In this document: piece by piece, positions 1 through 12,939 of the stretch
Position numbering within the stretch: the stretch's first letter is position 1
Layout of the letters: each line of letters begins with the position of its first letter
Assembly (NCBI RefSeq): GCF_006345805.1
Contig: NC_043005.1
Span: 2,976,001-3,040,000 of the forward strand
Direction of reading: 5' to 3'
Origin: Octopus sinensis
Taxonomy: Eukaryota
Length of the DNA: 64,000 bases
The notes under the pieces: model-generated
What the model was told of the DNA's origin: nothing
What the model saw: the letters and a program-made list of their open reading frames with translations, nothing else
The model's database searches: none
Position numbers and translations under genes: made by a program

Positions 1-1816
1 GTAATATTAATGATAATATTAATGATAATGATAATAAGAATAATATTAATAGCAGTAGTAGTAGTAATAATAATAATAATAATAGTAGAAATAGTAGTAG
101 TAGTAATATCAGTAAAAGTAATAATAATAATAATATTATTAATAATAATAATAATATTTATAATTATAATAATAGCAGTAGTAGTAGTAGTATTAATAGT
201 TGTTGTAGTAGTAGTAGTAGTAGTAGTAAAAGTTAATGGTAATAATAATAATAGTAGTAGTAATAGTAATAATAATAGTAGTAGTAGTAGTAGTTGTTGT
301 AGTAGTACTAGTTGTAGCAGTAGTAGTAATAGTAACAGTAATAGTAATAATAATAATAATAATAATAGTATTAGAAGTAGTAGTTGTAGTAGTAGTAATA
401 ATGATAATAATAATTGTAGTAGTATTAGAAGTAGTAATTGTAGTAGTAATAGTAAAAATAAGTATAATAATAGTAGTTGTAGTATTATTACTATTACTAT
501 TAATATTTCAATAACTATTACTGTTAATACTACTACTATTTTTATTACTATTATTATTATTATTACTATTACTACTACAACTGCTACAACTAAACTACTA
601 CTACTACTACTGTTATTATTATAATAATAATAATTATTATTATTATCATTATTACTATTACTACTACTACTGCTACTACTACTATTACTATTATTATTAT
701 AATTATTATCATAATTATTATTATTACTATTAATATTACTACTACTACTACTGCTACTGTTAATACTATTATCATTATTAGTATTACTATTACTATTACA
801 ATTAGTAATGCTATTACTACTACTACTAATACTACTACTACTATTATTATTATTATAAATATTAATATTTCTATTAATAATAATAATATTAATAATAATA
901 AGAAGAATAGTAGTAGTAATAATAGTTGTAGTAGTAGAAGTAGCAGCACTAGTAGTAGTAGTAGTAATAGTAATAATAATAATGATAATAATAATAATAA
1001 CAATATTAATAGTAGTAGTCGTAGTAGTAGTAGTAGTAATAATAAAAATAATTATAATAATGATAATATTAATAATAAGAATAATAATAATGATAGTAGT
1101 AGTTGTAGTATTAGTAGCATTAGCAGTAGTAGTAGTTGTAGTAGTAGTAGTAGTATTAGTAGCATTAGCAGTAGTAGTAGTCGTAGTAGTAGTAGCAGCA
1201 GCAGCAATAGTAGTAGTATTAGTAGTAGTAGGAGTAATAGTATTATTATTATCCTTATTATTATTATTATTGTTATAATCATTATTATTATTATTATTAT
1301 GATCATTATTATTATTATTATTATCATTATTATTTATATTATTATTATTATTAGTATTATCATAATTATTATTATCATTATTATTATCATTATTACTATT
1401 ATTTTTTTATTATTATTATTAGTATTATTATTATCATTATTATTCATAATATTATTATTATTATATTTATCATTATTATTATTATTATTTTTATTATTAT
1501 CATTATCATTATTATTATTATCATTATCATTATTAATATTATTATTCTTATGATCATTACCATTATTATTATTATTTATATTATTATTATTAATATTATT
1601 ATTATTATCATTATTATTATTATTAATATCATTATCATTATGATTATTATTACTATTGTTGTTATTATTATTATTATCATCATTATTATTATTGTTATTA
1701 TTATTAGTATTATTATCATTATTATCATTATTATTTTCATTATTATTATTATCATTATCATCATTATAATTATCATTATGATTATTATTATTATTATTAA
1801 TAATATTATCATTATT

Positions 1817-1847
<31 letters not shown>

Positions 1848-2038
1848 TCATTATTATTATTATTATTAATATTTTTATCATTATTATTATTATTATATTA
1901 TCATTATTAATATTATTATTATTAATATTATTATTATTATTATTATTTTGATTATTATTATGATTGTTATTATTATTATTGTCATTATCATTATCTTTAT
2001 TATTATTATTATTATTATTATCCTTATTATTATTATAA

Positions 2039-2081
<43 letters not shown>

Positions 2082-2337
2082 TAATATTATTATTATTATT
2101 ATGATAATTATCATTCTTATTATAATTATTATTATTATTTATATTTTTATTGTTATATTATTGTTATTATTATTATCGTTATGATTATTATTATTATCAT
2201 TATTATTATTATTAATATTATCCATATTAATATTATTATAATCATTATTATTATTATTATTATCATTTTTATTAATATTATCATTACCATTATTATTATT
2301 ATTATTATGACCATCATCATTGTTAATATTATTATCA
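1..2337. repeat. Compound trinucleotide low-complexity tract (AAT/AGT blocks alternating with ATT/ACT/ATC blocks)
   Basis: Continuous period-3 simple sequence. The poly-Ile/Val/Asn/Ser ORFs in the track are translations of this repeat. Confidence 0.95.
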
Positions 2338-2670
2338 ATATTTATTCAAACAAGGGAATCTCGCACCCCCACTCAGCTCAAAACAATATCTGTTTTATCA
2401 TGATTTCCTGGTTATTTCCCTTCATCAGCACAGACTACACAGATATCATTTTGAGCTGAGTGGGGGTGCTAGATTCCCTTGTTCAAAAATATAAGCACAC
2501 AGATCGTGTTGTATAGCCAGCTGGAGACGATGTCTCCTGGGGCTAAATTACAGCAACATTCGTCCTAAACCAGGACTGCCATATTATGTTGGTAAACAAT
2601 CTTTACTACAAAATACTGTTGCTGAATATCTCGTGTTGTGAGATTTAAAAATAGTAATTTTCTAAAATTT
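2338..2670. mobile_element. Foldback (long inverted-repeat) non-autonomous element, copy A
   Basis: AACAAGGGAATCTCGCACCCCCACTCAGCTCAAAACAATATCTG pairs with CAGATATCATTTTGAGCTGAGTGGGGGTGCTAGATTCCCTTGTT. The right arm and a ~60-bp tail match 21255-21586. Confidence 0.75.
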
Positions 2671-2699
2671 AAATTGTTTAGCCACCCAAGGGTGGTGGA

Positions 2700-3017
2700 T
2701 CATTTTAGTATTAGGGGTGAATTGTAAGTGTATAAGGAAGGACCAGTGGGGGGTACATCTGTGCTGGGAAAATAATAAAGTGTCTTTATGTATTTATAAG
2801 AATGAACCCTTTTAACAAAAGCTATATTTATCCAAATATTATCTTTGTTTTCATCCTGGGTATTTTCTGGTTGGTTCTCATCATCATTTAACGTCCAAAT
2901 CTTGACTATTGTTAAAAGATGTGTTGTTGTTGAAGGATAATACTCCACTTCATATTGTTGCTTAGACTGTTGGAATCTTCCAGAAAGTGAAAACTGAGGT
3001 ATTGGATCATCCTTCAT
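2700..3017 (-). other. Unassigned non-repetitive ORF (105 aa), possible exon
   Basis: Open frame with protein-like composition; no recognised motif and no clear splice acceptor. Confidence 0.2.
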
Positions 3018-3609
3018 AGAGGCTTAGCCTTATTCCTTTGGATTACCATCCATTGCTTCCATTCAAAGATGTCCATCAATTTGTTACTGTCCAAGAAGTG
3101 AACACAGAAATGCCTACGGTGGTTCATCACACACTCAAACCCCACTCTTTTTTCTCTCTCTGTCTCTTAGAGGCGGAGAGTAAAAAGAGACAACCACCAA
3201 GGAGGGTGAAATGTTTCAAAAGGCAGGGGTTATGTTGGAAAAGGATTTACTCATACTTCGAAGACATCTTTTGTTCTGCAATGAATTATTTTTTTAAAAA
3301 CAAAACCACTGATCACTGAACACTGCTTTGGGAAGAACATGGAGCAGCCATGGTTATTGTAATGAAAGCCATTTAATTGAAGCTTCAAGTTTAAACATGA
3401 ATGAAAACGAGTTGAGGAAAGTCGTGTTTAGTCGCTGCATTTGCAATTAATTTTTCTGCCAGAGAGAAAAATAATACAAGTCCGTTGCAGATGACTGCAA
3501 TGACCGAATGGAAGCAGAATCACCGTTACAAGCATTTGGAGTTGTAAGATTTGTATTTATTTCAAACAGAACCAATCAGAAAAGACCTGTTTGATATAAA
3601 TCAAACTTG

Positions 3610-3905
3610 TTGGCCATGCTGGAGCACTGCCTTGATGGGTATTAGTCAAACTCAGTACTTTTCCTATCGGTCTCTTTTGCCATACTGCCAAGTTACAAAA
3701 ATATAAACAAACCAACACCGGTTATCAAGTGAATGTGGGAGCACAATAACAAACACCATATATGTATATTTATCATGATGGTTGTCCACACAGTTTCTGA
3801 TTACTAAATGTAATCACAAGAATTTGGGGTATGAATCGGTCCAGGGCCACAGTAGAGGACACTCGTCCAAGGTGCCATGCAGTGGAACTGTACCAGAAAC
3901 CACGG
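3610..3905 (-). mobile_element. SINE family B (tRNA-like head, CORE-like body, internal microsatellite), degenerate
   Basis: Matches 11139-11527 in reverse (GGCCATGCTGGAGCAC ... CCAAGGTGCCATGCAGTGG). Confidence 0.7.
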
Positions 3906-3944
3906 GAGAGAGAGAAGTAACCTTCTTCACTACACAGCCTTTGT

Positions 3945-4112
3945 TTCATTAAATTTTGAATATAATGAAGAATTTATTAAATTAACTTTGTTGTTATTGA
4001 GCTTCAGTTTGGAACAGAAATTAATTTTGATGGAGGTTTTAAATTAAATCCTTTAAAACAGGAATTTTGAAATGTAGAACCAGGAGCAATGCCAGGTGGG
4101 TTGGTAACAATT
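3945..4112. mobile_element. Degenerate relative of the TTAA MITE at 10674-10862
   Basis: GGTGGGTTGGTAAC and the GATGGAGGTTTTAAATT segment resemble the reverse complement of the MITE interior. Confidence 0.4.
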
Positions 4113-4218
4113 AATTTAATTCAGAAATATTATTGTTTGTGTTTAATATAAGGCTATATTTTTTTTTTTGTAAATGATGAAGAATTCTACCAATATATCA
4201 CTGGTATTTTTTTTATGA

Positions 4219-4449
4219 GGCGGTCAGCTGGCAGAAACGTTAGCACGCCAGACGAAATGCTTAGTGGTATTTCGTCTGTCTTTACGTTCTGAGTTCAAAT
4301 TCCGCCGAGGTCGACTTTGCCTTTCATCCTTTCGGGGTCGATTAAATAAGTACCAGTTATGCACTGAGGTCGATATAATCGACTTAATCTGTTTGTCTGT
4401 CCTTGTTTGTCCTCTCTATGTTTAGTCCCTTGTGGGTAGTAAAGAAATG
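4219..4449 (+). mobile_element. SINE family A (tRNA head, Meta/MESC-like domain), long-tail subfamily
   Basis: A-box-like TGGCAGAAACG, B-box GAGTTCAAATTCC, central GCCTTTCATCCTTTCGGGGTCGAT, and 16-bp TSD GGTATTTTTTTTATGA at 4203-4218 and 4450-4465. Confidence 0.9.
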
Positions 4450-4693
4450 GGTATTTTTTTTATGATTATAGAGATGAAAGCCAAAATTAAGTTCAGATTT
4501 GAATTCAGGAAATTTCTGCTATCACACTGTCCACTCTGGTCTGCACTTAGATTATATCATTTCAAATATGCTCTCCTAACAATATTCCTAGCAAGGACCT
4601 TTCCATGGCCCTTTGCACCTTAGCCATTCAATGTTCTTCTCTCTTCATAGTAGCTCACATTTCCCTTGAGCACAGGTATATATATATATATAG

Positions 4694-5092
4694 CCAGTGG
4701 CGCGTAAAAACCACCATTTGAGCGTGATCGTTGCCAGCATCGCCTTACTGACACATGTGCCAGTGGTATGTGAAAAATAAACATTCGAGCGTGGTTGTTG
4801 CCAGTGCCGCCTGACTGGCTCCTGTGCAGGTATCACGTAAAAAACACCTTTTGAGCGTGGTCATTGCCAGAACTGCCTGACTGGCCCTCATGCTGGTGGC
4901 ACATAAAAAGCACCCACTACACTCTTGGAGTGGTTGGCATTAGGAAGGGCATTCAGCTGTAGAAACACTGCCAGATCAGACTGGAGACTGGTGCAGCCTT
5001 TTGGCTCGCCAGTCCTCAGACAAACCATCCAACTCATGCCAGCATGGAAAGCGGATGTTAAACAACGATGATGATGATGATGATGATGATAC
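4694..5092 (+). mobile_element. RTE LINE 3'-end fragment with (GAT)n tail
   Basis: Same sequence as the 3'UTR of the LINE at 21962-25277, including the ~60-bp sub-repeats. Confidence 0.85.
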
Positions 5093-5702
5093 ATCATCTC
5101 AATAGAATGCCATGTTGAGTCCCTTTCGGCTATTTCCTGCCTTCAAAGGATTAACTAATCTGGTTTTATATCCATCCCCCCCACCTGACCTACTGCAACA
5201 TATTCCCCAGTCACATTCATTTATTCATATTGGGGAATTGATAACATAACACGCATACCTCTCCTTCACAGTAGTAGTAGTGGTAGTGGTGGTGGTGGTG
5301 GTGGTAGTGGTGAGTATCAGGGGATTGTTCTATTCTACTTTTTCACTTTAAACACAAGTCATACTTTCACATATTTTCTAATTAACCCTTGATCACTTTT
5401 TGTGAGTTACACTTTGCCTGGACAAATTGAGTTCTCAATTGTTGTCACTATCACATGCACAGACTGTGTGTGGAAGCTATGTATGTGTGTATATGTGTAT
5501 ATATATAAGATACATATATAACCATGGTATAACTGCTAATAAAAATAACAAGGTAAAAGTTTTTATTTTTCATTTACTTGGAAATTGCTATTAAACCGTG
5601 GTTTTGGCCGTGTTGGCTGCTATTTCTAGCATGTAAAAATTACCTGTTAAAGGTTAGTTTTCTTTTGTGTTTAAATGTACACTATTTTAAAATGTGTATG
5701 TA

Positions 5703-5969
5703 TGTATGGCTGGCTTCCGTGCCGGTGGCACGTTAAAAGCACCAACCAATCATGGCCGATGCCAGGCTCCCCTGGCACCTGTGCAGGTGGCACGTAAAAA
5801 GCACCCACTACACTCATGGAGTGGTTGGCGTTAGGAAGGGCATCCAGCTGTAGAAACACTGACAGATCAGACTGGGCCTGGTGCAGCCTCCTGGCTTCCC
5901 AGACCCTGGTCGAACCGTCCAACCCGTGCTAGCGTGGAAAACGGACGTTAAACGATGATGATGATGATG
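5703..5969 (+). mobile_element. RTE LINE 3'-end fragment
   Basis: GGAGTGGTTGGCGTTAGGAAGGGCATCCAGCTGTAGAAAC ... GACGTTAAACGATGATGAT. Confidence 0.9.
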
Positions 5970-6599
5970 TATATATATATAATGTGTGTGTGTGTGTTTG
6001 TATATGTAATCAATTCAACACTTCAATATTGATAAATCGATTCTTTGAAGCAATGTTTATTTAGTGTCAGAAAAAGAGTGAGGTTGGATTAAACTGACAG
6101 AGAAGCTCCTCTTCCTTCTCCTCTCCCACTGCTTTCATCTCAAAATAACTTTTCGCTGTCACCAGTCAATCCTGGAGGTGACAACTTAAGACTACATTAA
6201 TAAGGTAGATCTCGTCCTAACACTTAATCCAGATAAGGATTAATGGAACAAGGAAAACTTAATCAAGAGAGATGTCTTTGTAGAATGCTTTGTAGCTTAT
6301 CAGTAGCCACTTAGTGCTGTTAGGTTTTGTCTCTTGTCAGGAATCCAGGCCATTGAGTGAGACAAACTGTCTACCATACACCACCACCACCACCACCACC
6401 ACACATACGTCGTCGGGGTAAACAGAAAGACAGCTAAATAAATAAGGAAAGCAAAGCGTTGGGGGATATTTGCTCAACTATTTTCTTAATCATCACAAAG
6501 GAAATAATTAAAATGGTGGTGGAGGAGGATTGAGTCAGCGAGAGACAGAAAAATAGTATTTTTCACTCCAATATTCTACTTACATTTACTTGTATTTAA

Positions 6600-6832
6600 G
6601 GTGGTGAGCTGGCAGACACGTTAGCACGCTAGACAAAAAGCTTAGCCGTATTTCGTCTGTCTTTACGTTCTGAGTTGAAATTCCCACCGAGGTCGACTTT
6701 GCCTTTCATCCTTTCGGGGTCGATTAAATACGTACCAGTTACACACTGGGGTTGATGTAATCGTCTTAATCCCTTTGTATGTCCTTGTTTGTCCCCTCTA
6801 TGTTTAGCCCCCTGTGGATAATAAAAAAATAA
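6600..6832 (+). mobile_element. SINE family A, long-tail subfamily
   Basis: Same head and body as 4219-4449; approximate TSD TTTACTTGTATTT. Confidence 0.85.
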
Positions 6833-7149
6833 ATATTTTACTTGTATTTTATAATTATGAGAAAGAAAGTGTATATATGCATGTTTGTATGTGTGTGTGT
6901 GTGTTGCTCCTTGTTATGGTTGTGGAGACGAGTGTTACCATCTGAAGTGATGTCACTCATTTGCAATCTTCCATGAAATGCATCTCTGGTCATGGAGGGA
7001 AATATTAACTTCCTTGGAAACAGTGGTGGGTGGGGAGGAGGGCTGGTGGCAGGAAAGGCATCCTGCCTTGGGGGGGGGGGAGAAAAGAAGCTGATTAGAT
7101 AATGCACAAACACTACACCTGGTATGGCTCTATACACCCTTTCCTCATC

Positions 7150-7400
7150 ATTTAGCATCTGCTTCCCATGATGGCATGGCTTGGATGGTTCGACAGAAAA
7201 CCAGCAAGCTGGAGAGCTGCGCCAGGTTCCAGTTTGATTTGGCAGGGTTTCTATGGCTTGATGCCCTTCCACACCAAGGGTGTAATGGGTGTTTTTTACG
7301 TGGCACCAGCATCAGCCATAACTATGATTTCCCTTGGCTTGACCAGTCTTCTCAAGCCAAACGTGTCGGTCACTCGTCACCTCTTTTCCTCTTCATTTCT
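7150..7400 (-). mobile_element. RTE 3'-end fragment, degenerate
   Basis: CATCATTTAGCATCTGCTTCCCATG ... CTGGATGCCCTTCC-like sequence in reverse orientation. Confidence 0.7.
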
Positions 7401-7599
7401 CTGTTTCTTTTATGTTGTTTTTCTGTGGATTCTGCCCATGCTTCCAGCTTTCATTGCTCTCTTTCTTTACTTCACTTATGCATCTGCTCTCTGGCCCTTC
7501 TTTGAACCTTTACTAACAAGTTGTTGTGCATCTGAACACTATACAATGAGCTCATTATATGTGTGTGTGTGTGTGTGCCATATGTTAAAGCTCTGGTGC

Positions 7600-7785
7600 T
7601 TGTGCTACGTAAAATGCACACAGAACACCCTGTAAAGTAGTTGGCATTAGGACAGGCATCCAGGTGTAGAAACCCTGCTAAAACAGACGAAGGAGCCGTG
7701 TGTGGCCCCTGGCCTTACCAGCTCCTGTCAAACTGTCCAACCCATGCCATGGAAAGCACACATTAAATGATCATGATGATGATAT
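7600..7785 (+). mobile_element. RTE 3'-end fragment, degenerate
   Basis: GTTGGCATTAGGACAGGCATCCAGG ... GATGATGAT tail. Confidence 0.7.
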
Positions 7786-8303
7786 ATGTAATTGGCTTGG
7801 TAGATTCTTGATATGAATTCAGGTGTTGAAACGTTGCTGTATTTGGGGTGAGTTATTATTCTTTTATTCTTTTGCTTGTTTCAGTCATTTGACTGCAGCC
7901 ATGCTGGAGCACTGCCTTAAAATTATGATAATAAACACACATTTTCTATTTCACTTCTATATTTTTTTTTGTTTATTGGTTAACTATTTAATCAATTTAT
8001 TTTTGATTGACCAGATGATTAATCAAATATCTGATTAGTTAACCAGTTGACAAACGAAAAAATAAAGTGACAGTGTGTGTGTCTATTGACATAATGATCC
8101 TCCCAAAATACAACCATACGTTACATATATGTTATATTATACCTTGATACTGTGTGGACTAAGATCCCCGTTGACAGGCTGCTGGTATTTATAGTGTTAT
8201 GCAAATTAGGGACTCCTTCACAGAGTAACTGCTGCATTTGTTGAATATATAAACAGTTTGGCTGCTTGTTTCTCTGGAGACTGTCAGAATGATGTAGACG
8301 CCT

Positions 8304-8338
8304 CTGATGAGAACCCAATAAGGTTTGAAAATAAATTA
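8304..8338 (+). ncRNA. Isolated hammerhead-like core (stem I not resolved)
   Basis: CTGATGA-GAACC-CAATAA-GGTTT-GAAA gives core plus a 5-bp stem II. Stems I and III are weak. Confidence 0.3.
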
Positions 8339-8846
8339 AAGTTGTTCATTGTTTTTTTCAGTCTGCAGAGAAATGGCTAAAAACTTGCCCTGTTTATAAA
8401 TTATACCATATGTTACATAAATATATATACATATACACACACACATGCCGCTAAAGAGACTGGATGGTCAAGGGTGGAATCCCTTTGATTATAGATCTGC
8501 TAATTTGAGCCTGACCTGGGTGGGGGAAATTTTAGAATTAATACCCAAGGAAAATTACATCCATTTTTATGTTCTGTTGAGAATTTTGTAATATGGGAAA
8601 GGATACATGAATAGTATGAAAGAAATAAGTTAAGCGCTTTCAACCAGGAATTGAAAGTGTGTCACGGACTTAACTAAGAACCCATTATACCACACTCTCC
8701 ACAATGTACCTGAGCCAGTACAATGATTTCACAATGCACCAGAATGACACATTCGATGAGTCATTGAACACAATCATAGCAATATTTCTCACCAAGTTAT
8801 GATAAAAAAAGATATTGTATTCAGTTAAAATTATATTCATAATTAA

Positions 8847-9078
8847 TGCACCAATCCGATCATGGCCGTTGCCAGCCTCGCCTGGCACCTGTGCAGGTGG
8901 CACGTAAAAAGCACCCACTACACTCACGGAGTGGTTGGCGTTAGGAAGGGCATCCAGCTGTAGAAACATTGCCAGATCAGACTGGAGCCTGGTGCAGCCT
9001 TCTGGCTTCCCAGATCCCCGGTCGAACCGTCCAACCCATGCTAGCATGGAGAACGGACGTTAAACGATGATGATGATG
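8847..9078 (+). mobile_element. RTE 3'-end fragment, young
   Basis: Near-identical to 33380-33608; (GAT)n tail. Confidence 0.9.
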
Positions 9079-10673
9079 AAGTCTAATAATTAAGAAGATC
9101 AATTTCTTCTATTCTGTACAAATGAATGTGTTAGTCATGGGACACCAACACAATTTTTGCTGGAGAATTAAAAAGAATCAAGGCATTTTACCAATAGTAA
9201 CTGTTGTCATATGTAGCTGTGCAAAGACAAAATAGGAACCCAGTTTCATTCCAGAAGTCCTGTTGTGTAAAAACTATGATAAGCATTCCATTTGCAGTCT
9301 AATGGTATCATTTGGGTAGTCTTTCAGTAAAACTTACTACAAATGTCTAGAACCCTTCCACTGCAACATTCTTTTTCCAAAATTACTAAAGAGATCCATT
9401 TGGGTTTCTTTCACTGACAAAGATTGATACAGACATCAGAGTTTGTCATTTTCTGCCTTCCTGTATGGCCCCTGTTATTACATTACAGAAAAATAGATTA
9501 TGCACCTATAAGAAAGAAGAGATACGCTTTGGGGCTAATCTATTGATCAATGGGAAACCTAGGCACATTTAGCATTTCGATTTTTCTTAAGTTGCCAAAT
9601 TGCAGTCTTCAATCAGGTGTCAGAATATCAAAATATCTCCTCAATTCTTCAAGGAAGGTCAAAAATGGATTTGTGTCAAAATTTTAGTTTGAAAAAAGTA
9701 TGTACCACTTTTCCCCCAAAAAGTCAAAATCATTTCTAAAAGTCTGCATAAAGGCCTTTTTTTTTTTTGCCCATTGTAAGGGGTTTAAGTGAGGATGATC
9801 CAGCAAGGGTGTTTCTGATGATGTATCTGCTTATTCTGGAATGACCTAGGGCTGAAAACCATTCTTTAATGTTGTAAGACATTAATGGTTGGTGGCTTGT
9901 TTCATAAAATAAATTAGATTCCTTCATTAGTTAACGAAGCAGAACTCATTTGAAGACACTGAAACTAGTTTTGACAGTGCATTCATATATATTTGGTGTG
10001 TATGTATCTCTATACACAGAACACTAATGTGTGTGTGTGTATACAGACCATTTAGTGTGTATATATGTGTCTATATAGACTGAACGGATTTAACGACTAT
10101 AAATTTGATTTATTCGTCTCCAAAGACATGTTCGTTCATGTTTAAAGACTTCGTTTAATAACCATAGCAACCACTCAAAACACGTTGGCAGTAATAACCC
10201 CCACCTGAACGAAAAGGAGCAACAATTAGTCCTCTTGATTTACAACTTTTACCAAATGACTTCAAAGTGGGACACACAAACGGAAATGTCCTTTACAGTT
10301 ACCAGAAGACGAGGGAGTGAAGAAGGAGTCAGAGCTGAGCCCAATATGATGAGATGTCTGTTTAATGGCATGGAATCCTCTGGTGGGAATTCTTCTGTAA
10401 TATCTTACTGGGCTGGACCTTACATGACCTACTCATCTACTCACAGTTCACATGAGCTGCTCATTGAATCAGTAATTTCGCTCACTACTTCATCAACAAT
10501 TACCAAAATCAAATCCTTGTCTTCAAGGCTTTTTAAATTCTTATTCTTGGTTGGGTCACCACGACACTGACCAACAGGTCAGTAGTTCATACCCTATCAA
10601 AGCCACAATTAGAGTTTCCTTTGGCTGGCACATTTAACAGCAATGCTTGTAGCATTGTGAAGTTAGTGTTTAA

Positions 10674-10862
10674 CCCTTTCGTTACCCACCCGGCTCTGAG
10701 TACAAATGTCTTGTTTCCATAAGTTTTCAATTAAAACCTTCCACCAAACCCTAGTCACAATTTATGTTCCTAACACTAAGTTATTTTACTAAATTCTTTG
10801 TTATATTTAAAGTAATTGAAAGAAACACAGAACATCTCAAAATAAATACAATAACGAAAGGC
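10674..10862. mobile_element. TTAA-specific (piggyBac-type) MITE
   Basis: TTAA|CCCTTTCGTTAC ... ATAACGAAAGGC|TTAA: terminal inverted repeats with a TTAA duplication. Confidence 0.7.
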
Positions 10863-11138
10863 TTAATTAAATGTTGTAGACCAGCATTCTGTCTACTAAG
10901 TGTATCTCTATGAATTTTCTATAGAATTTAGTGCCAGCACTGACAATTCCTACATTTCGTATACGAATACATCTACATAACAATGCAACCACAGACAGGA
11001 CAATAGGTGATGGCTGTATATCTGAGAGGTTCTTGTTCTTTCTAAGGCACCGCATCCAACCTATCAACAAACATTGCTTCAAGAGTCAATAAGTTTGCAT
11101 AGACATATTCATATACAAAACATCATAACTTTCAATGC

Positions 11139-11527
11139 AGGAGTGGCTGTGTGGTAAGTAGCTTCCTTACCAACCACATGGTTCCGGGTTCAGTCCCACT
11201 GCATGACACCTTGGGCAAGTGTCTTCTACTATAGCCTCGGGCCAACCAAAGCCTTGTGAATGGATTTGGTAGACGGAAACTGAAAGAAGCCTGTCACATA
11301 TATATATATGTGTGTGTGTGTGTGTGTATGTGTTGGTCCCTTCACCATCACTTGACAATTGATGTTGGTGCGTTTACGTCCCCGTAACTTAAAACTTCAG
11401 CAAAAGAGACCAATAGAATAAGTACTAGGCTTACAAAGAATAAGTCCTGGCTTTAATTTGTTCAACTAAAGGTGGTGCTCCAGCATGACCACAGTCAAAT
11501 GACTGAAACAAATAAAAGAGTAAAAAG
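11139..11527 (+). mobile_element. SINE family B, full length
   Basis: GCAGGAGTGGCTGTGTGG head, GGTTCAGTCCC B-box-like, CCTTGGGCAAGTG CORE-like segment, internal (TA)n(TG)n, and 3' GGTGCTCCAGCATG...GACTGAAACA. Confidence 0.9.
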
Positions 11528-12939
11528 AAAGATAACTTGATTGAATTTCACTGCTAACACAAAAAGTAGGGGACACATTATTGGCTCCTAAACCTTTCGT
11601 ATATTTGGTAATGCATTATGGTTGCTCAACAAAATATGGTGTCCCTACCGCTTAATCCTAAGGATGGAGTCCTGCTGCTCCCTAGCATTTGTAGTATTCC
11701 ATTAGAATTTCATTTTAACATATGGAACATTGATTCCATCTTCCTATTACAAGGAGAACAAAATTCTTCATTAGTATTTGTAAAATGGGATCAATCTGTG
11801 ATTCACCACGGCAATGCTTAAAGCTGAAATTCATCCCCACATTTCTGGTGGAAACGGTCAGAACTATTTTCATTGATTCTTACCATTATTTGCCTGTCTC
11901 CATTCTTGACTGGAATCAGCCACTTATGTGATGAGAAGTGCTCCAGCATGGTCTTGGCTGCAATGACTTGAAAGGAAAATAAAGGATCTTTAGTTTAAGG
12001 GAATGAATAGCAAAAACCCTTTCAATGAGGGAACAGTGGGGAAAAATAAGGAGCAGGACAGATTCACGTGTAAGAACACATTTAATAATGTAGTCCAAGA
12101 TACCTTTTGACTTGGTTTGCAAGATTGTACAAAGTATTTTTATTTTAGTATAAGACCAGGCGGATTATGTGAGGCACAGAAGGCACACAACATAAGACTT
12201 GTTACAAAGAGAAAACCATTTTCGATTGGTGAATTGTTCTTATTGACCATTTACCAAAGTGCCAGAAAGATATGAATGGTAGTTCCATATTATATGGATT
12301 TGATGATGTCAACAAATATATCGTAAGGTGTAAGGATTTGAGATAAAGTGAGTAGCAGTGATAGGAGGAATTTATATAGAGGGGACATCCAGGGTAGCAA
12401 CGCAGGTTCTGTAAAATAGTGTCAATACAGGAATATCCGCAGAGCAGAACCTCTTCTCACATTTCCACAATCTCTACTCTCTCTCTCTGCTATTGAGTAC
12501 GTCTTCTGGTCGAAAAGGCTAAACACGTTCACTCTATGCAATCTTACAATCGACTGATGTGGTGAGAATAAAGCAGCAAATAGTCACTCGTGTGCCACCT
12601 TTGTCCAGCGCTTACTCGTGGCCGAAATAACACAATGACACTTGCAGACGAAAGGGTGAGTGCTTTTTTTTTTGTGTAAATTTATTGCCGTATTTACAAT
12701 TATGCCATGGAATTCAGGTGACTTTTTCATGCCCCACCCTGGTGTAGTCTTCAAATTCAGGGGAACAAATTCCATTTTAGCTACAGTTGAACAGTAGCCA
12801 AGCCGTAAAATAGTTTTTCATACACACCACCACCACCACTGCCAAAAAAAAAAATTTTTTTTAAATGAGAGACCAATTCCGATGTCATTTGAAACCTTTT
12901 GTTGCCATTTTCCTGTTGAAATACGTGGTCGTTGTTACT

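Noticed and set aside
10-2459. Many long ORFs rich in Ile/Val/Leu/Asn/Ser
   Set aside because: They are translations of a period-3 microsatellite; frames stay open only because of the repeat.
3145-3320. Plus-strand terminal exon after CTCTCTGTCTCTTAG
   Set aside because: The acceptor could come from a CT-rich tract, no upstream exon is visible, and no frame is recognisable.
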